DNA of 64,000 bases from an uncultured Candidatus Saccharibacteria bacterium (GTDB lineage: Bacteria > Patescibacteriota > Saccharimonadia > Saccharimonadales > JAGQNJ01). Position 1 is the first letter of the stretch. Every line of letters starts with the position of its first letter. The stretch covers positions 706,208-770,207 of the forward strand of contig OZ246406.1 in assembly GCA_965231045.1 (NCBI GenBank), read 5' to 3'. The position numbers and the translations under genes were made by a program. Of this stretch, positions 15,472 through 25,748 are shown piece by piece. The notes beneath the pieces are model-generated. The model was not told the origin of the DNA. It saw only the letters and a program-made list of their open reading frames with translations, and did no database searches.

Positions 15472-17133
15472 ATGGAAGAAATTCGGGAGCTAGTCAGAAC
15501 GGCTGTAAAGCAAGCATTTGACGAGACAGTTGAAGTTGAACTAACAAGACCAGATGAGCAATTTGGTGATTTTGCTACCAATGTCGCCTTGCAGCTAGCC
15601 AAAAAACTGGGCAAAAATCCTCGTGAAGTTGCCGAAGCAATTGTGAGTTCATTGCCAAAGGATTCGGTTATAGCTCGGGCAGAAATTGCTGGCCCAGGGT
15701 TTATTAATGTTACGGTAACTGATGACGCATTGCTTAAAATGCTTTCAAGTAAGCCTGAGCAACATCTTAAGGGTAAGGTAGTTGTTGCCGAATACTCAGA
15801 TCCAAATCCATTTAAGGTTTTGCATGCCGGCCATTTGTATACCTCAGTCGTGGGTGATGCGACGGCAAATTTACTCGAAGTAGTTGGTGCAGAGGTACAC
15901 CGAGTTAACTTTGGTGGGGATGTTGGATTACATGTTGGAAGAACCATGTGGTCAATCCTGAAAAAACTCGGTGGCGAAAACCCCGATAAGTTAAATGAAG
16001 TAGATAAAGACAAGCGTTCTGAGTGGATGGCTGAATCATATGTAGAAGGCACAAATGCCTACGAAGATGACGAGAAAGCCAAAGCCGAGATAATTGAACT
16101 GAACAAGCGGGTATATCAACTTCATAAAGACAACGACAAAACTTCACCATTTGCACAGATTTATTGGATATGTCGACAGTGGAGCTATGATTATTTTGAT
16201 GAATTTTATGATCGAATTGGCACAAAATTTGAGAGATATTATCCCGAAAGCGAAGTTGCCGATCTCGGCCTGAAAACTGTCAAAGAACATATTCAAAAAG
16301 GTATTTTCGAGGAATCAGAAGGCGCCATTGTCTTTAAGGCTGAACCATATGGCCTACATACCAGAGTGTTTATTAACTCAGAAGGCTTGCCGACATACGA
16401 AGCCAAAGACGTCGGACTGATATTTACCAAGAAAAAAGACTACAACTTTGATAAATCAGTAGTCATAACTGGTAATGAACAAGAACAATACATGCAAGTT
16501 GTTCTGAAGGCAATTGAGCAATTCGCACCAGAATTGGTCAAGGCAACTAGTCATTTAACTCACGGAATAGTTAAGCTTAAGGGCGGCGTTAAGATGAGTA
16601 GCCGAAAGGGCAACATCCTGCGGGCAGTTGATGTATTAGATGCTGCCGAGCAAGCAAATGAGAAGGCAGCTGGCAAGAAGGACCAACAAGTTGTGCTCGG
16701 CGCTGTTAAATATGCCTTTTTGAAGCAGCGCACTGGTGGCGACATAATCTATGATCCTGAGGAATCAGTAAGTATTGAGGGCAATAGCGGGCCATATCTC
16801 CAGTATGCTCATGCTCGGGCCTGTTCAATATTGGCAAAATCTACAAGTTCTAAGGATTCAAAACTTGATTCGCTTGATGAAACCGAGAGAAGTTTAGTCA
16901 GAAAAATTGGTGAATATAACGAAGTTGTACAAAAAGCAGCTGATGAGTTAATGCCACACAATATCTGCACCTATCTTTACGAGCTAGCTCAAACATTCAA
17001 TCGCTTTTATGAAAAAACCAAAGTTATAGGTAGCGATCGGGAAGCCGAGCGTTTGCAACTGATCAAAATTTATGCCGACACGCTCAAGAACGGGCTTGGT
17101 ATTTTGGGTATTTCTGCACCTGAACATATGTAA
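15472..17133 (+). CDS. argS: arginyl-tRNA synthetase
   Basis: NPFKVLHAGHLYTSVVGD (HIGH), MSSRKG (KMSKS-like) and a C-terminal anticodon-binding domain ending ...APEHM. I chose ATG 15472 (MEEIRELV). The track's upstream extension overlaps DUF1361. Confidence 0.95.
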   Translation: MEEIRELVRTAVKQAFDETVEVELTRPDEQFGDFATNVALQLAKKLGKNPREVAEAIVSSLPKDSVIARAEIAGPGFINVTVTDDALLKMLSSKPEQHLKGKVVVAEYSDPNPFKVLHAGHLYTSVVGDATANLLEVVGAEVHRVNFGGDVGLHVGRTMWSILKKLGGENPDKLNEVDKDKRSEWMAESYVEGTNAYEDDEKAKAEIIELNKRVYQLHKDNDKTSPFAQIYWICRQWSYDYFDEFYDRIGTKFERYYPESEVADLGLKTVKEHIQKGIFEESEGAIVFKAEPYGLHTRVFINSEGLPTYEAKDVGLIFTKKKDYNFDKSVVITGNEQEQYMQVVLKAIEQFAPELVKATSHLTHGIVKLKGGVKMSSRKGNILRAVDVLDAAEQANEKAAGKKDQQVVLGAVKYAFLKQRTGGDIIYDPEESVSIEGNSGPYLQYAHARACSILAKSTSSKDSKLDSLDETERSLVRKIGEYNEVVQKAADELMPHNICTYLYELAQTFNRFYEKTKVIGSDREAERLQLIKIYADTLKNGLGILGISAPEHM

Positions 17134-17165
17134 AAGACCTCTGAAGATATACAATATATGACAAG

Positions 17166-18512
17166 ATGATTCACTTTGTTGATCTTGATATTGTTGCCCG
17201 CGGAGGCGGTGGAGGCTCTGGTGGAGGCGGTGGAGGCGGTGGTGGCCTGCTGGCTCTGATAAGTTATGTGCCAGCTTACTATGGCTGCAAATTTATCAAG
17301 AAATTTACCAAGGGTTCAGGCGCAATTGTTGGATGCTGTACATGGATATTATTGCTATGCATAGCCTATAGTTTGTTACTATTTAAATTCTCGCCTCTTC
17401 TCACTTTTATTTTGATAGCTTTGGCGGTATTCGGTGGCTATTCAGGATATTTTGATCTTCATCAAAGACTTTCAGGGCGTATCAAGAAATCAAAGCAGGA
17501 CGCCACCCAGGCTTCATTGTCAGATAAAAAGTGGAATTATGATGATTTAATCAAACGCGTACAGGATGTTTATGCTGTTTATCAAGATGACTGGTCAAAC
17601 TTTAATCTAAAAAGCATCGCAGATTACACGACACCACACTTTTACTATCATAATCAGTTGATGCTTGCAGCTATGCACCTAAGACATCGCCAAAACCTTG
17701 TGAATAACCCGCAACTATTACAAGCAGATATTATCGAGGTAAATGATAACCCTGACAACAATTATGATTACTTCATTGCTTATATAAACGGCAAGGCTAA
17801 CGACCAGCTTATTGATACCGAGAGCAGGGATTTACTTTACACAGATAATAATCCTTTTGATGAATACTGGAGATTTGAGCGGATTAACGATAGTTGGATG
17901 CTGGCCAAAATTGATCAAGCAACCGCTAATCCATCAATGAAACAACAGCAACTTGAAGCATTTGCTGCTGAGCAAGGCTTTTGTTACAACCTAGATTGGG
18001 GCTGGTTATTACTGCCCAAAAGAGGCCAGGTATTCTCTAGAGGTGGCTTTGGGATCTCTGACATTAACAATCACGTTATTGGGGTCTACAACAATGTTTT
18101 GATTGAACTTTATACATATCAGCCAAATCCAAAAAACAATACAACAGACCAATACGTTATTGCGCAAACTAGTGTGCCAAAGAATTACGGTAACATTGTG
18201 GTTAGAAACAAAAAATCTTCGAGTATTTGGTCAAAGGAATTGTTTAACTCTAAACCCAAAGGCCTTACAAAGTTGAGTACGGAGTGGGGTGATTTCAATA
18301 AGAAATATGATTTATTTGCTAGTGATGCAGAGCTGGCTACGAGCTTTGAGCTTTTGAACCCAAAGTATATGGAACAACTTGAAGCTGTGCCTTTTGATGT
18401 CAGTATCGAGGTTGTTGATAACGTAGTTTATTTGTATAGCAAGAATCTTTCCGCTGACTACGCTACTATGCTTGAGCTGCTAAAAGCTGCCTTCAAAGAG
18501 ATGAAAATGTAG
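17166..18512 (+). CDS. membrane protein with poly-Gly N-terminus and a possible Tim44-like domain
   Basis: Gly15-type tract (17202-17246), 2-3 TM segments, then a DDWSNF...FYYHNQL...NDSWMLAKIDQ region resembling bacterial Tim44-like domains. Tentative. Confidence 0.4.
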   Translation: MIHFVDLDIVARGGGGGSGGGGGGGGGLLALISYVPAYYGCKFIKKFTKGSGAIVGCCTWILLLCIAYSLLLFKFSPLLTFILIALAVFGGYSGYFDLHQRLSGRIKKSKQDATQASLSDKKWNYDDLIKRVQDVYAVYQDDWSNFNLKSIADYTTPHFYYHNQLMLAAMHLRHRQNLVNNPQLLQADIIEVNDNPDNNYDYFIAYINGKANDQLIDTESRDLLYTDNNPFDEYWRFERINDSWMLAKIDQATANPSMKQQQLEAFAAEQGFCYNLDWGWLLLPKRGQVFSRGGFGISDINNHVIGVYNNVLIELYTYQPNPKNNTTDQYVIAQTSVPKNYGNIVVRNKKSSSIWSKELFNSKPKGLTKLSTEWGDFNKKYDLFASDAELATSFELLNPKYMEQLEAVPFDVSIEVVDNVVYLYSKNLSADYATMLELLKAAFKEMKM

Positions 18513-18560
18513 CACTTTTAGAGGTGTATAATTTATACATAACTAAATAGGAGGGGCGCT

Positions 18561-18986
18561 ATGCAATCGCTCGTAGATACGTTACAGGCACTTAATTGGT
18601 TGGCGGTGGTAGTTGCCACTTTCGCAGGTTTTTTTGTTGGATTTTTATGGTATTCAGACTTTATGTTGGGCAAGCAATGGCGCAAAGCAGCCGGCTTGAA
18701 GCCACGAGACAAAGATAACTCGCCAATGTTAACACCAGTTGCAATTGGATTTTTAACGGTGCTAGTTACAGCAGTTGCTCTTGCAGTACTTATTTATGTA
18801 TTAACATTGACGACGCCATTCCAAGGCGCGATGTTTGGGGTGCTTATTGTTTTAGGGTTTATTACTACCAACAAACTTATGAACGTGTTGTTTGAACAGC
18901 GCTCAATGCAAGTATTTTGGATAAATTTTGGTGGCGATATTGTTTCACTGGCAGTAATGGGTGCAATTTTGGCTGTTTGGCGCTAA
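18561..18986 (+). CDS. small membrane protein (DUF1761-like)
   Basis: SD AGGAGG. Four TM segments. The FFVGFLWYSDFMLGKQWRKAAG motif is typical of DUF1761, from memory. Confidence 0.5.
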   Translation: MQSLVDTLQALNWLAVVVATFAGFFVGFLWYSDFMLGKQWRKAAGLKPRDKDNSPMLTPVAIGFLTVLVTAVALAVLIYVLTLTTPFQGAMFGVLIVLGFITTNKLMNVLFEQRSMQVFWINFGGDIVSLAVMGAILAVWR

Positions 18987-18996
18987 AGTACAATAA

Positions 18997-20184
18997 GTGC
19001 TTAAAACGACACAACAAATAATCACAAAAGCAGCGGGGGCATTAGGACTTGATCGAGAAACGACCGAGGCATTGCTTGCCGTTGATCAATCACATGAATT
19101 TGAAATTGAACTGAGTTCTGGTAAAAAATTTCCTGCCTATAGAGTTCAGCACAAGAATAAACTCGGGCCCTACAAGGGTGGAATTCGCTTTCATCCTAAA
19201 GTTAACAAGGATGAAGTCCAAGCACTAGCTACATTAATGTCATTCAAGACTGCTGCCGTTGGTTTGCCACTTGGTGGTGGCAAGGGTGGTATTGCAGTCG
19301 ATCCAAAAGACTTATCAAAACAAGAGCTAGAAGAATTATCTCGCAAATACGTACAAGGTTTGCACAAACACATTGGTCCAGACAAGGATGTCCCGGCACC
19401 CGATGTAAACACTAATGCCGAGATTATTGATTGGATGGTGGAAGAATATGAAGAGCTCACTGGCAACACTAATAAAGCTAGTTTTACCGGCAAAACTATC
19501 GGCAAGGGTGGTAGTGAAGGGCGTGAGGCAGCGACTGGACGTGGCGGTGTGATTGCACTTCAGAAATTTTTAGAGCTAGAAGGCAGGGAAGGCGATCCAA
19601 TTACTATCGCTGTCCAAGGTTTTGGTAATGTTGGATCTTTTTTTGCAACCGTTGCGGCAAAGGAAAATCCGCATTGGAAACTGGTTGCCGTTAGTGACTC
19701 TCGGGCTACTGTGATTGACCATAGTGGCTTGAATGCCAGCAAGTTGGCGGCTCACAAAAAAGACGGCAAATCATTTACCGAACTTTCAGACGAACCAGAA
19801 GAAGCGATATTCACTCAAGACGTTGATGTACTAGTCCTGGCTGCACTCGATGACGCCATAACAGAGAAGAATATGACTGATATTAAAGCTGATGTTTTGG
19901 TCGAACTTGCTAATGGCCCAATAAACGAACCAGCCGAAAACTACTTACTCCTGGCACAAAGACAAATCTTACCAGACATTGTCGCAAATGCCGGGGGCGT
20001 GATTGTTAGTTACCTAGAATGGCGGCAGAATATTAATAACGAAAAATGGTCTGAAACTGAAGTAAACAAGAAGTTGCAGAAATATATGGAGCCAGCTGTA
20101 CAAAATATGTATGAATATGCTGGCACGCACAATTGTTCATTCAAGGAGGCGGCTTTAAGTCTGGCCATTAACAGGTTAAAATAA
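18997..20184 (+). CDS. Glu/Leu/Phe/Val-family amino-acid dehydrogenase (glutamate dehydrogenase-like)
   Basis: GPYKGGIRFHP, FKTAAVGLPLGGGKGG and the Rossmann GFGNVG motif. GTG start. Confidence 0.9.
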   Translation: MLKTTQQIITKAAGALGLDRETTEALLAVDQSHEFEIELSSGKKFPAYRVQHKNKLGPYKGGIRFHPKVNKDEVQALATLMSFKTAAVGLPLGGGKGGIAVDPKDLSKQELEELSRKYVQGLHKHIGPDKDVPAPDVNTNAEIIDWMVEEYEELTGNTNKASFTGKTIGKGGSEGREAATGRGGVIALQKFLELEGREGDPITIAVQGFGNVGSFFATVAAKENPHWKLVAVSDSRATVIDHSGLNASKLAAHKKDGKSFTELSDEPEEAIFTQDVDVLVLAALDDAITEKNMTDIKADVLVELANGPINEPAENYLLLAQRQILPDIVANAGGVIVSYLEWRQNINNEKWSETEVNKKLQKYMEPAVQNMYEYAGTHNCSFKEAALSLAINRLK

Positions 20185-20205
20185 TACTGGTGGAGAAGGA
20201 GAATC

Positions 20206-20604
20206 ATGACAGATAAATCACCAGACGATGACCACGAATCATTTAAATTAACAAAAACTGTGCACAAGCGAACTAAAAATAGTTTGCATGGTTTTGCAGA
20301 ATTTGTTCGGACACAAGGTGTGGTTGGGCTAGCGATTGGCTTTGTAATTGGTACCCAAGCCAAAGCTCTTGTTGATCAAATGAGCAGCAGTTTTATTAAT
20401 CCACTTCTTGGCTTAATTGTTGGCAATGGAGAGGGCCTAACCAACCAGTCATTTTCTTTGACATTTGCGGGTAGTACAGCCGTTTTCAAATACGGCGCAT
20501 TTTTGTACGCACTTATTAACTTTGTTATTATTGCCGCAATTATTTACTTTACATTTAAGTGGCTTCGACTCGACAAGCTTGATAAGAAAAAGGATGCTAA
20601 GTGA
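20206..20604 (+). CDS. mscL: large-conductance mechanosensitive channel
   Basis: [24 protein letters not shown]....INPLLG and a C-terminal [21 protein letters not shown]. Confidence 0.9.
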   Translation: MTDKSPDDDHESFKLTKTVHKRTKNSLHGFAEFVRTQGVVGLAIGFVIGTQAKALVDQMSSSFINPLLGLIVGNGEGLTNQSFSLTFAGSTAVFKYGAFLYALINFVIIAAIIYFTFKWLRLDKLDKKKDAK

Positions 20605-20996
20605 AAGATGATGACTGGAAGAAAAAGTTAACTCCTGAGCAGTATGCTGTACTTCGTGAAAAAGGTACAGAAGCACCGTTTACAGGTAAGCTCCTACACA
20701 AAAAAGACACTGGTATGTATACTTGTGCAGCGTGTGGAGCTGAGCTTTTCGATAGTAAACACAAATTTGACTCAGGTTCGGGCTGGCCGAGCTTTTACGA
20801 TGTAGCAACCAAAGGCAATGTAAAACTTGTTGAGGATGATTCACTAGGCATGCAACGTACAGAAGTAGTTTGTGCAACCTGTGGCGGGCACCTAGGGCAT
20901 GTTTTTGATGATGCCACCGATCAACCAACTGGCCAGCGCTACTGTATTAACTCATGCGCGCTGGATTTTAAGCCAGAAACCAAGAAGCCTGTATAA
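20601..20996 (+). CDS. msrB: peptide-methionine (R)-S-oxide reductase
   Basis: [14 protein letters not shown] and [19 protein letters not shown]. It overlaps mscL by 4 nt. Confidence 0.95.
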   Translation: MKDDDWKKKLTPEQYAVLREKGTEAPFTGKLLHKKDTGMYTCAACGAELFDSKHKFDSGSGWPSFYDVATKGNVKLVEDDSLGMQRTEVVCATCGGHLGHVFDDATDQPTGQRYCINSCALDFKPETKKPV

Positions 20997-21005
20997 TAAT
21001 CAACA

Positions 21006-21572
21006 ATGAAGAATAAGAATAAGATTCCAACTAAGCTTATATGGGTGGATTTGGAAATGACTGGTCTTGAGCCAAAAGACGATGTGCTTTTGGAAGTTGC
21101 GGCTGAGATTACCGACTTTGACCTAAAAACACTTGATAGCTACGACACGACAATCAAGCAAGATAGGGAAGTGGTGGTAGCCCGGATGCAAAAGAATATT
21201 TGGTGGAAGGAATTTCCGGCTAATCGTGATCAGTTCATAAAGAACCTCGATAAAGCCAAGCCACTGCACGAAGTTGAACAAGAGTTGATTACACTTGTTG
21301 ATAAGCACTTCAACGGTGATCCAGCGATATTGGCGGGTAACTCAATCTATAACGACCGCATGTTTATTAAGCAATGGATGCCAGCACTGGACCTTAAGCT
21401 ACACTATCGTATGCTTGATGTCAGCGCCTGGAAAGTGTTTATGATGGGTAGGTTTGGCGTGGAGTTCAAGAAGCCTGATATTCACCGTGCTTTTGATGAT
21501 ATTCAGGGTTCAATTGCTGAGCTGCAATATTATCTTGACTGGTTTTCAGAGCATGGATCACAAGACAGTTGA
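21006..21572 (+). CDS. orn: oligoribonuclease
   Basis: LIWVDLEMTGLEP (DEDDh exonuclease motif I), AGNSIYNDRMF and HRAFDDI. Confidence 0.9.
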   Translation: MKNKNKIPTKLIWVDLEMTGLEPKDDVLLEVAAEITDFDLKTLDSYDTTIKQDREVVVARMQKNIWWKEFPANRDQFIKNLDKAKPLHEVEQELITLVDKHFNGDPAILAGNSIYNDRMFIKQWMPALDLKLHYRMLDVSAWKVFMMGRFGVEFKKPDIHRAFDDIQGSIAELQYYLDWFSEHGSQDS

Positions 21573-21870
21573 AGAATACATTCTGAGCTTGCCTAATAGC
21601 CGACTGGATTATCCATTTGGCAAGGATGTGGCTGTATACAAAACAGGCGATAAAATGTTCGCTCTGATTGCTGAGGGTAAGGATCCGGTTCGGATAAGTC
21701 TGAAATGCGAGCCCAAACTATCGGAAATTTTGCGTGAAAAATACGAGACCGTTTTACCGGGTTATCATCTAAATAAAAAACACTGGAATACGATTATTTT
21801 GACGGGTCAATTGCCCTGGGAAGAAGTCCAAGGGCTTATTCGCCACTCTTACGAACTAGTTTCAAAATAG
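21553..21870 (+). CDS. MmcQ/YjbR family protein
   Basis: DYPFGKDVAVYKTGDKMFALI, ISLKCEP, PGYHLNKKHWNTIIL and IRHSYELV. I chose ATG 21553, which overlaps the orn 3' end. Confidence 0.7.
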   Translation: MDHKTVEEYILSLPNSRLDYPFGKDVAVYKTGDKMFALIAEGKDPVRISLKCEPKLSEILREKYETVLPGYHLNKKHWNTIILTGQLPWEEVQGLIRHSYELVSK

Positions 21871-21953
21871 GGAAAAGAGCAGCCCGACAAAAATGTGAAC
21901 CATTTTGCCGGCGTGATGAGAAAAACCGTAGGTTTGTCTTATAAGGCGTAGCC

Positions 21954-22637
21954 CTACGTCTGTGGTTGGCCGGTAATATCTTCCAGTAACAAGTTAGTTT
22001 CTTTGTAATCTTCGTTTAAAATAGCCTGAGTACTTTTGCTTTTGCTACCGTTGAAAGCCGTTTGCAGAGTTTTCTTATAATCTTCTAGTTCATTTCGGAT
22101 GGCCTGAATGTAAGCATCGTCATACCGGCCATTCTTTTGGGCAGTTGCAAGATCTTGATCTGTTTGAGCATTCTTAGCCGATAGCAGTTCTTTAGAAGAT
22201 ATTTTAATCTTCATAGTTTTGAGTTGCGCAGTCATGGTATTTTGCTGGCTGATCATGACAGCTTTGACTTTGGCGGCGATATTCCTGGCTTTATCACTAC
22301 CAAGATTAGTTGAGGCCGAATCAGATACGCGAGCGAGCTCAGCTTGTTGCTGTACAACTGCTTTAAGCTGGGTAGCATTAGGTTTGCCACTACTGCTCAG
22401 AAAACTGAAGAACATTATTAACAGTATAAAAAGTACCAAAAACCCCACGATTACAATCAGAACTCGTTGGCCTTTACTTAGTCCTTTGTGAGCTAGAATG
22501 GTTTTCTTAGGTGGCTTGGTTGGGTTAGTAATAAAGTCGTACTGAGCGGGGTTAAATTGACCCTGAGTTTCTGGTGTGGCGGGTGATTGCGGTGCTGAAA
22601 CCTGTTGCCCAGGCTGAGGTAATTGATTTGGATCCAT
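21954..22637 (-). CDS. bitopic membrane protein, P/Q-rich N-terminus, helical ectodomain
   Basis: 227-aa ORF with a single TM segment (VLIVIVGFLVLFILLIMFFSFL) and no recognisable domain. Confidence 0.6.
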   Translation of the reverse strand: MDPNQLPQPGQQVSAPQSPATPETQGQFNPAQYDFITNPTKPPKKTILAHKGLSKGQRVLIVIVGFLVLFILLIMFFSFLSSSGKPNATQLKAVVQQQAELARVSDSASTNLGSDKARNIAAKVKAVMISQQNTMTAQLKTMKIKISSKELLSAKNAQTDQDLATAQKNGRYDDAYIQAIRNELEDYKKTLQTAFNGSKSKSTQAILNEDYKETNLLLEDITGQPQT

Positions 22638-22708
22638 GGACTATATTTAAGCATATGCGGCATACCTCTGACCAGTCAGAAGTCAGTAAAGATCAATTCT
22701 TCTTATTC

Positions 22709-22737
22709 TTGCTTGCAGCTAATAACTACTAGATACT
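22709..22737 (+). promoter_or_regulatory. dnaG promoter (leaderless configuration)
   Basis: TTGCTT (22709-22714), 17 nt, GATACT (22732-22737). The ATG at 22745 is 7 nt downstream. Confidence 0.5.
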
Positions 22738-22738
22738 A

Positions 22739-24508
22739 GTGTCTATGGATGCAGTGGAGGATATCAAATCCCGATTGTCTATAGAGGATGTTGTCGGTGA
22801 GTATATAGAACTCAAGCGCGCAGGGCGTAACCTGCGAGCGTTATCTCCATTTGGCAATGAAAAGACCCCCAGCTTTATGGTCAGCCCAGAGAAACAAATT
22901 TGGCACGACTTTAGTAGTGGCAAGGGTGGCAACATGTTTAGTTTTGTCATGGAGATGGAAGGGGTTGATTTTCGTGGCGCGCTAGAGATCCTGGCCCGAA
23001 AGGCAGGCATCGATCTTAGCCAGTACCAAACTAGCGGAAGTGCCGAGCGAAGCAAGCAGAAACAGCGATTATATGAGCTACTTGAGTTAGCAACTAAGTT
23101 TTATCAAACCCAATTTGCACAGAATAAAACAGCTCTTGAATATATATTGAAAAAACGAGGCTTTACTAAGCAAACGGCACTCGACTTTAAGATTGGTTAT
23201 TCGCCAAATAATGGTCGGGCGTTGGTGGATTTTCTCAAAAAGAAGGGCTTCAGCGAAGCAGAAGTCCAGCAAGCCGGCCTGGCCACCAAGCGATATCAAA
23301 TGGCATCAGATATGTTCAGAGGTAGAATTATGATTCCTTTGTCTGATTCCAATGGTCGTTTGGTAGGTTTCACAGCACGTTTAATTAAAGATGAACCAAA
23401 TGCCCCGAAGTACATTAATACTCCCCAGACACTGTTATATGACAAAGGCCGTCAGGTCTATGGTTTGCACCTGGCCAAAGAATCAATTCGAAAGAATAAG
23501 TTTGTTGTGGTGGTGGAAGGGAACTTGGATGTAATAGCTTCACACCAAGCTGGGGTGAAGAACGTGGTTGCCACAGCCGGAACGGCTATGACACCGATGC
23601 ATTTTAAGGAACTCGGACGATTTACACCTGATATACGCATTGCCTTCGATCAAGATCAAGCCGGTATCAATGCCGCTGAGCGAGTTATACCTCTGGCAAA
23701 TCAAGCCGGTATCAGTTTGAGTATGATTACAATCCCAAGCGGAAAAGATCCGGACGAGCTAATTCAAAAAGATCCCAAAATTTGGGAGCAGGTGATTAAT
23801 AAGCAACAATACGCTCTGGACTGGTTTATGGAACTTATGGAAAAAACTTATGATGTGAGTAGTGCTGAAGGTAAGCGTCTATTTACAGACAAAGTCTTGC
23901 CAATTGTACGTCAAATTAGTGATAGCGTAGAAAAAGATCATTACTTAGAGATAATTTCTCAAAAAACAGGGGTCAGCAAAGTGGCTATTGAACAAAAATT
24001 GAGTACACAAAAGTCAACTTCTAGGCTCACAATTAGAAAAAAAGTGAACGTTAATAAGGTTGATACTAAGACCGCCGATGTACTCAAAACCCAAAATCAA
24101 TTTATGTCTCTAATTCTGGTTCAGCCACGGCTCAGAGAGACTAACATCCCAATGACGGAAGACATGCTCAGTGAAGAACCGGCTAAGCAATTACTCCAAT
24201 TTCTAAAATCTAATCCGTCTTTTAACCTTAAGGATGGCATGAGCAAATTGCCCAAACTAGCTGATTATGTTAAAATGTTACTATTACTTTATGAGGAACT
24301 CTATCAGGACCTCGAGTTTTTAGAGCTTCAGTACGAAGTCACTCGATTGCAGGTACGATTGATAGAACAATATGTAAAAAGCCAAAAAGCAATTATTGCC
24401 GAGCAGTTTGAAGCTGCTAGCGAGGCTGATACTCAAAAATTATTAAAAAACGCCAAAGAATTAGATAATCTCTTAAAAATAGCGAAGGAGTCAACGCGTG
24501 GGAAGTGA
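22739..24508 (+). CDS. dnaG: DNA primase
   Basis: [14 protein letters not shown] in the zinc-ribbon region with the ligands substituted. TOPRIM motifs [11 protein letters not shown] and AFDQDQAG. The start is GTG 22739 or, more likely, ATG 22745. Confidence 0.92.
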   Translation: MSMDAVEDIKSRLSIEDVVGEYIELKRAGRNLRALSPFGNEKTPSFMVSPEKQIWHDFSSGKGGNMFSFVMEMEGVDFRGALEILARKAGIDLSQYQTSGSAERSKQKQRLYELLELATKFYQTQFAQNKTALEYILKKRGFTKQTALDFKIGYSPNNGRALVDFLKKKGFSEAEVQQAGLATKRYQMASDMFRGRIMIPLSDSNGRLVGFTARLIKDEPNAPKYINTPQTLLYDKGRQVYGLHLAKESIRKNKFVVVVEGNLDVIASHQAGVKNVVATAGTAMTPMHFKELGRFTPDIRIAFDQDQAGINAAERVIPLANQAGISLSMITIPSGKDPDELIQKDPKIWEQVINKQQYALDWFMELMEKTYDVSSAEGKRLFTDKVLPIVRQISDSVEKDHYLEIISQKTGVSKVAIEQKLSTQKSTSRLTIRKKVNVNKVDTKTADVLKTQNQFMSLILVQPRLRETNIPMTEDMLSEEPAKQLLQFLKSNPSFNLKDGMSKLPKLADYVKMLLLLYEELYQDLEFLELQYEVTRLQVRLIEQYVKSQKAIIAEQFEAASEADTQKLLKNAKELDNLLKIAKESTRGK

Positions 24509-25616
24509 TGCAAAGCAAGATGCAAAGGCGCTAGCCGCCGCAAAAGAAAAACTAGTCGAACAAGCCAAAAAAGATGGCAAAATTGAACAAAGAGATATTT
24601 TTAAGGCTATTCCGGATACACCGGAAAACCTTGATATTTTAGACAGCATCCATACAGAGTTAGTTGATGCGGGTGTGGAGATCGTTGAGGCGACGGAACC
24701 AACAGCCGAAGATTTTACAGATGAGTGGGCCGAAGATGAGGAAGAAGAGGAAGTCGTACTTGCAGATCAAGTATATCTAGATGACATTGCTGATGACTCA
24801 GTGCGTCTTTACTTGCGAGAAATTGGTAAAATTCCTCTGTTAAAACCAGACGAGGAACTCGAGCTAGCTTATAAAGTTAAGGCTGGTGAAAAGCGCGCCA
24901 AAGACAAAATGGCCGAAGCAAACATGCGTTTGGTTGTTTCTATTGCTAAGCGTTACGTTGGACGTGGTTTGGACCTTTTGGATCTCATTCAAGAGGGAAA
25001 TACCGGTCTACTTCGTGCGGTGGAGAAGTTTGATCCAGATAAGGGCTTTAAGTTTAGTACATATGCAACATGGTGGATACGCCAAGCTATTACGCGTGCT
25101 ATTGCCGACCAAGCTCGAACTATTCGTATTCCAGTGCACATGGTAGAAACGATTAACAAGCTACTACGAACCCAGCGTCGTTTAACTCAAGAATTAAACC
25201 GTGAACCAACCAATGAGGAAATCGCCAAAGCTATGGAGATTGATGTCGACAAGGTTGAACACATCATGAAGATTAAGCAGGATATTAGTAGTCTTGATGC
25301 TTCTGTTCGTGATGATGAAGAAGATTCTGTACTTGGTGATTTCATCGAGGATGAGGACACTGTTAGCCCTGAAGAGTCAGCCACAACACAGCTGTTGAAG
25401 GAGCACGTCAAAGATATGCTTGGTGCGCTATCTGAGCGAGAACAAAAAATACTCAAGCTTCGTTTTGGGCTTGAAGATGGGCGTTCGCACACCCTTGAAG
25501 AAGTTGGGCAAGAATTTAACGTCACTCGTGAGCGTATTCGTCAGATTGAAGCCAAAGCCCTGGCCAAACTCCGCAAGCACAAAGATGCCAAAAAACTTCA
25601 TGACTACATCAAATAA
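24498..25616 (+). CDS. rpoD: primary RNA polymerase sigma-70 factor
   Basis: [70 protein letters not shown] and [27 protein letters not shown] start with SD AAGGAG. It overlaps the dnaG end, the conserved dnaG-rpoD arrangement. Confidence 0.95.
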   Translation: MGSDAKQDAKALAAAKEKLVEQAKKDGKIEQRDIFKAIPDTPENLDILDSIHTELVDAGVEIVEATEPTAEDFTDEWAEDEEEEEVVLADQVYLDDIADDSVRLYLREIGKIPLLKPDEELELAYKVKAGEKRAKDKMAEANMRLVVSIAKRYVGRGLDLLDLIQEGNTGLLRAVEKFDPDKGFKFSTYATWWIRQAITRAIADQARTIRIPVHMVETINKLLRTQRRLTQELNREPTNEEIAKAMEIDVDKVEHIMKIKQDISSLDASVRDDEEDSVLGDFIEDEDTVSPEESATTQLLKEHVKDMLGALSEREQKILKLRFGLEDGRSHTLEEVGQEFNVTRERIRQIEAKALAKLRKHKDAKKLHDYIK

Positions 25617-25631
25617 ATTTTTGTCGTTAAA

Positions 25632-25683
25632 TTGAAGTGGGCGCTCTAGTGCCACTGGCACTGCGCTTGCCGACCCACTTCAA
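25632..25683 (+). terminator. compound hairpin after rpoD (possible terminator or RNA element, no U-tract)
   Basis: TTGAAGTGGG (25632-25641) pairs with CCCACTTCAA (25674-25683). It encloses CGC..AGTGCC-ACT-GGCACT-GCG. Confidence 0.45.
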
Positions 25684-25748
25684 TCTGTACGACGGGAAAG
25701 GTTTGTGCCTCAGCTAGCTTTGCTCGGGCCGGCAATAATAGTAAGATT

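Noticed and set aside
15342-16052. Long antisense or alternative-frame ORFs in the track. Examples: 15342-16052 (-), 8294-8689 (-), 37988-38458 (-), 25646-25993 (-), 49557-49862 (-), 55465-55878 (-), 34002-34292 (-).
   Set aside because: Each lies entirely inside, or opposite to, a gene with strong family motifs (argS, groEL, ORF 37809, kinase, pnp, ftsK, surface protein). Their compositions are low-complexity and Ser/Leu/Arg-rich, typical of shadow ORFs. None has a promoter or SD.
17202-17246. GGN-rich tandem repeat (ggaggcggtggaggc...), considered as a simple-sequence or contingency repeat, or a CRISPR-like repeat.
   Set aside because: It is in frame within ORF 17166 and encodes G5-S-G9. 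It is an imperfect codon-level repeat with no spacers. I treat it as coding low complexity, although slippage variability cannot be excluded.
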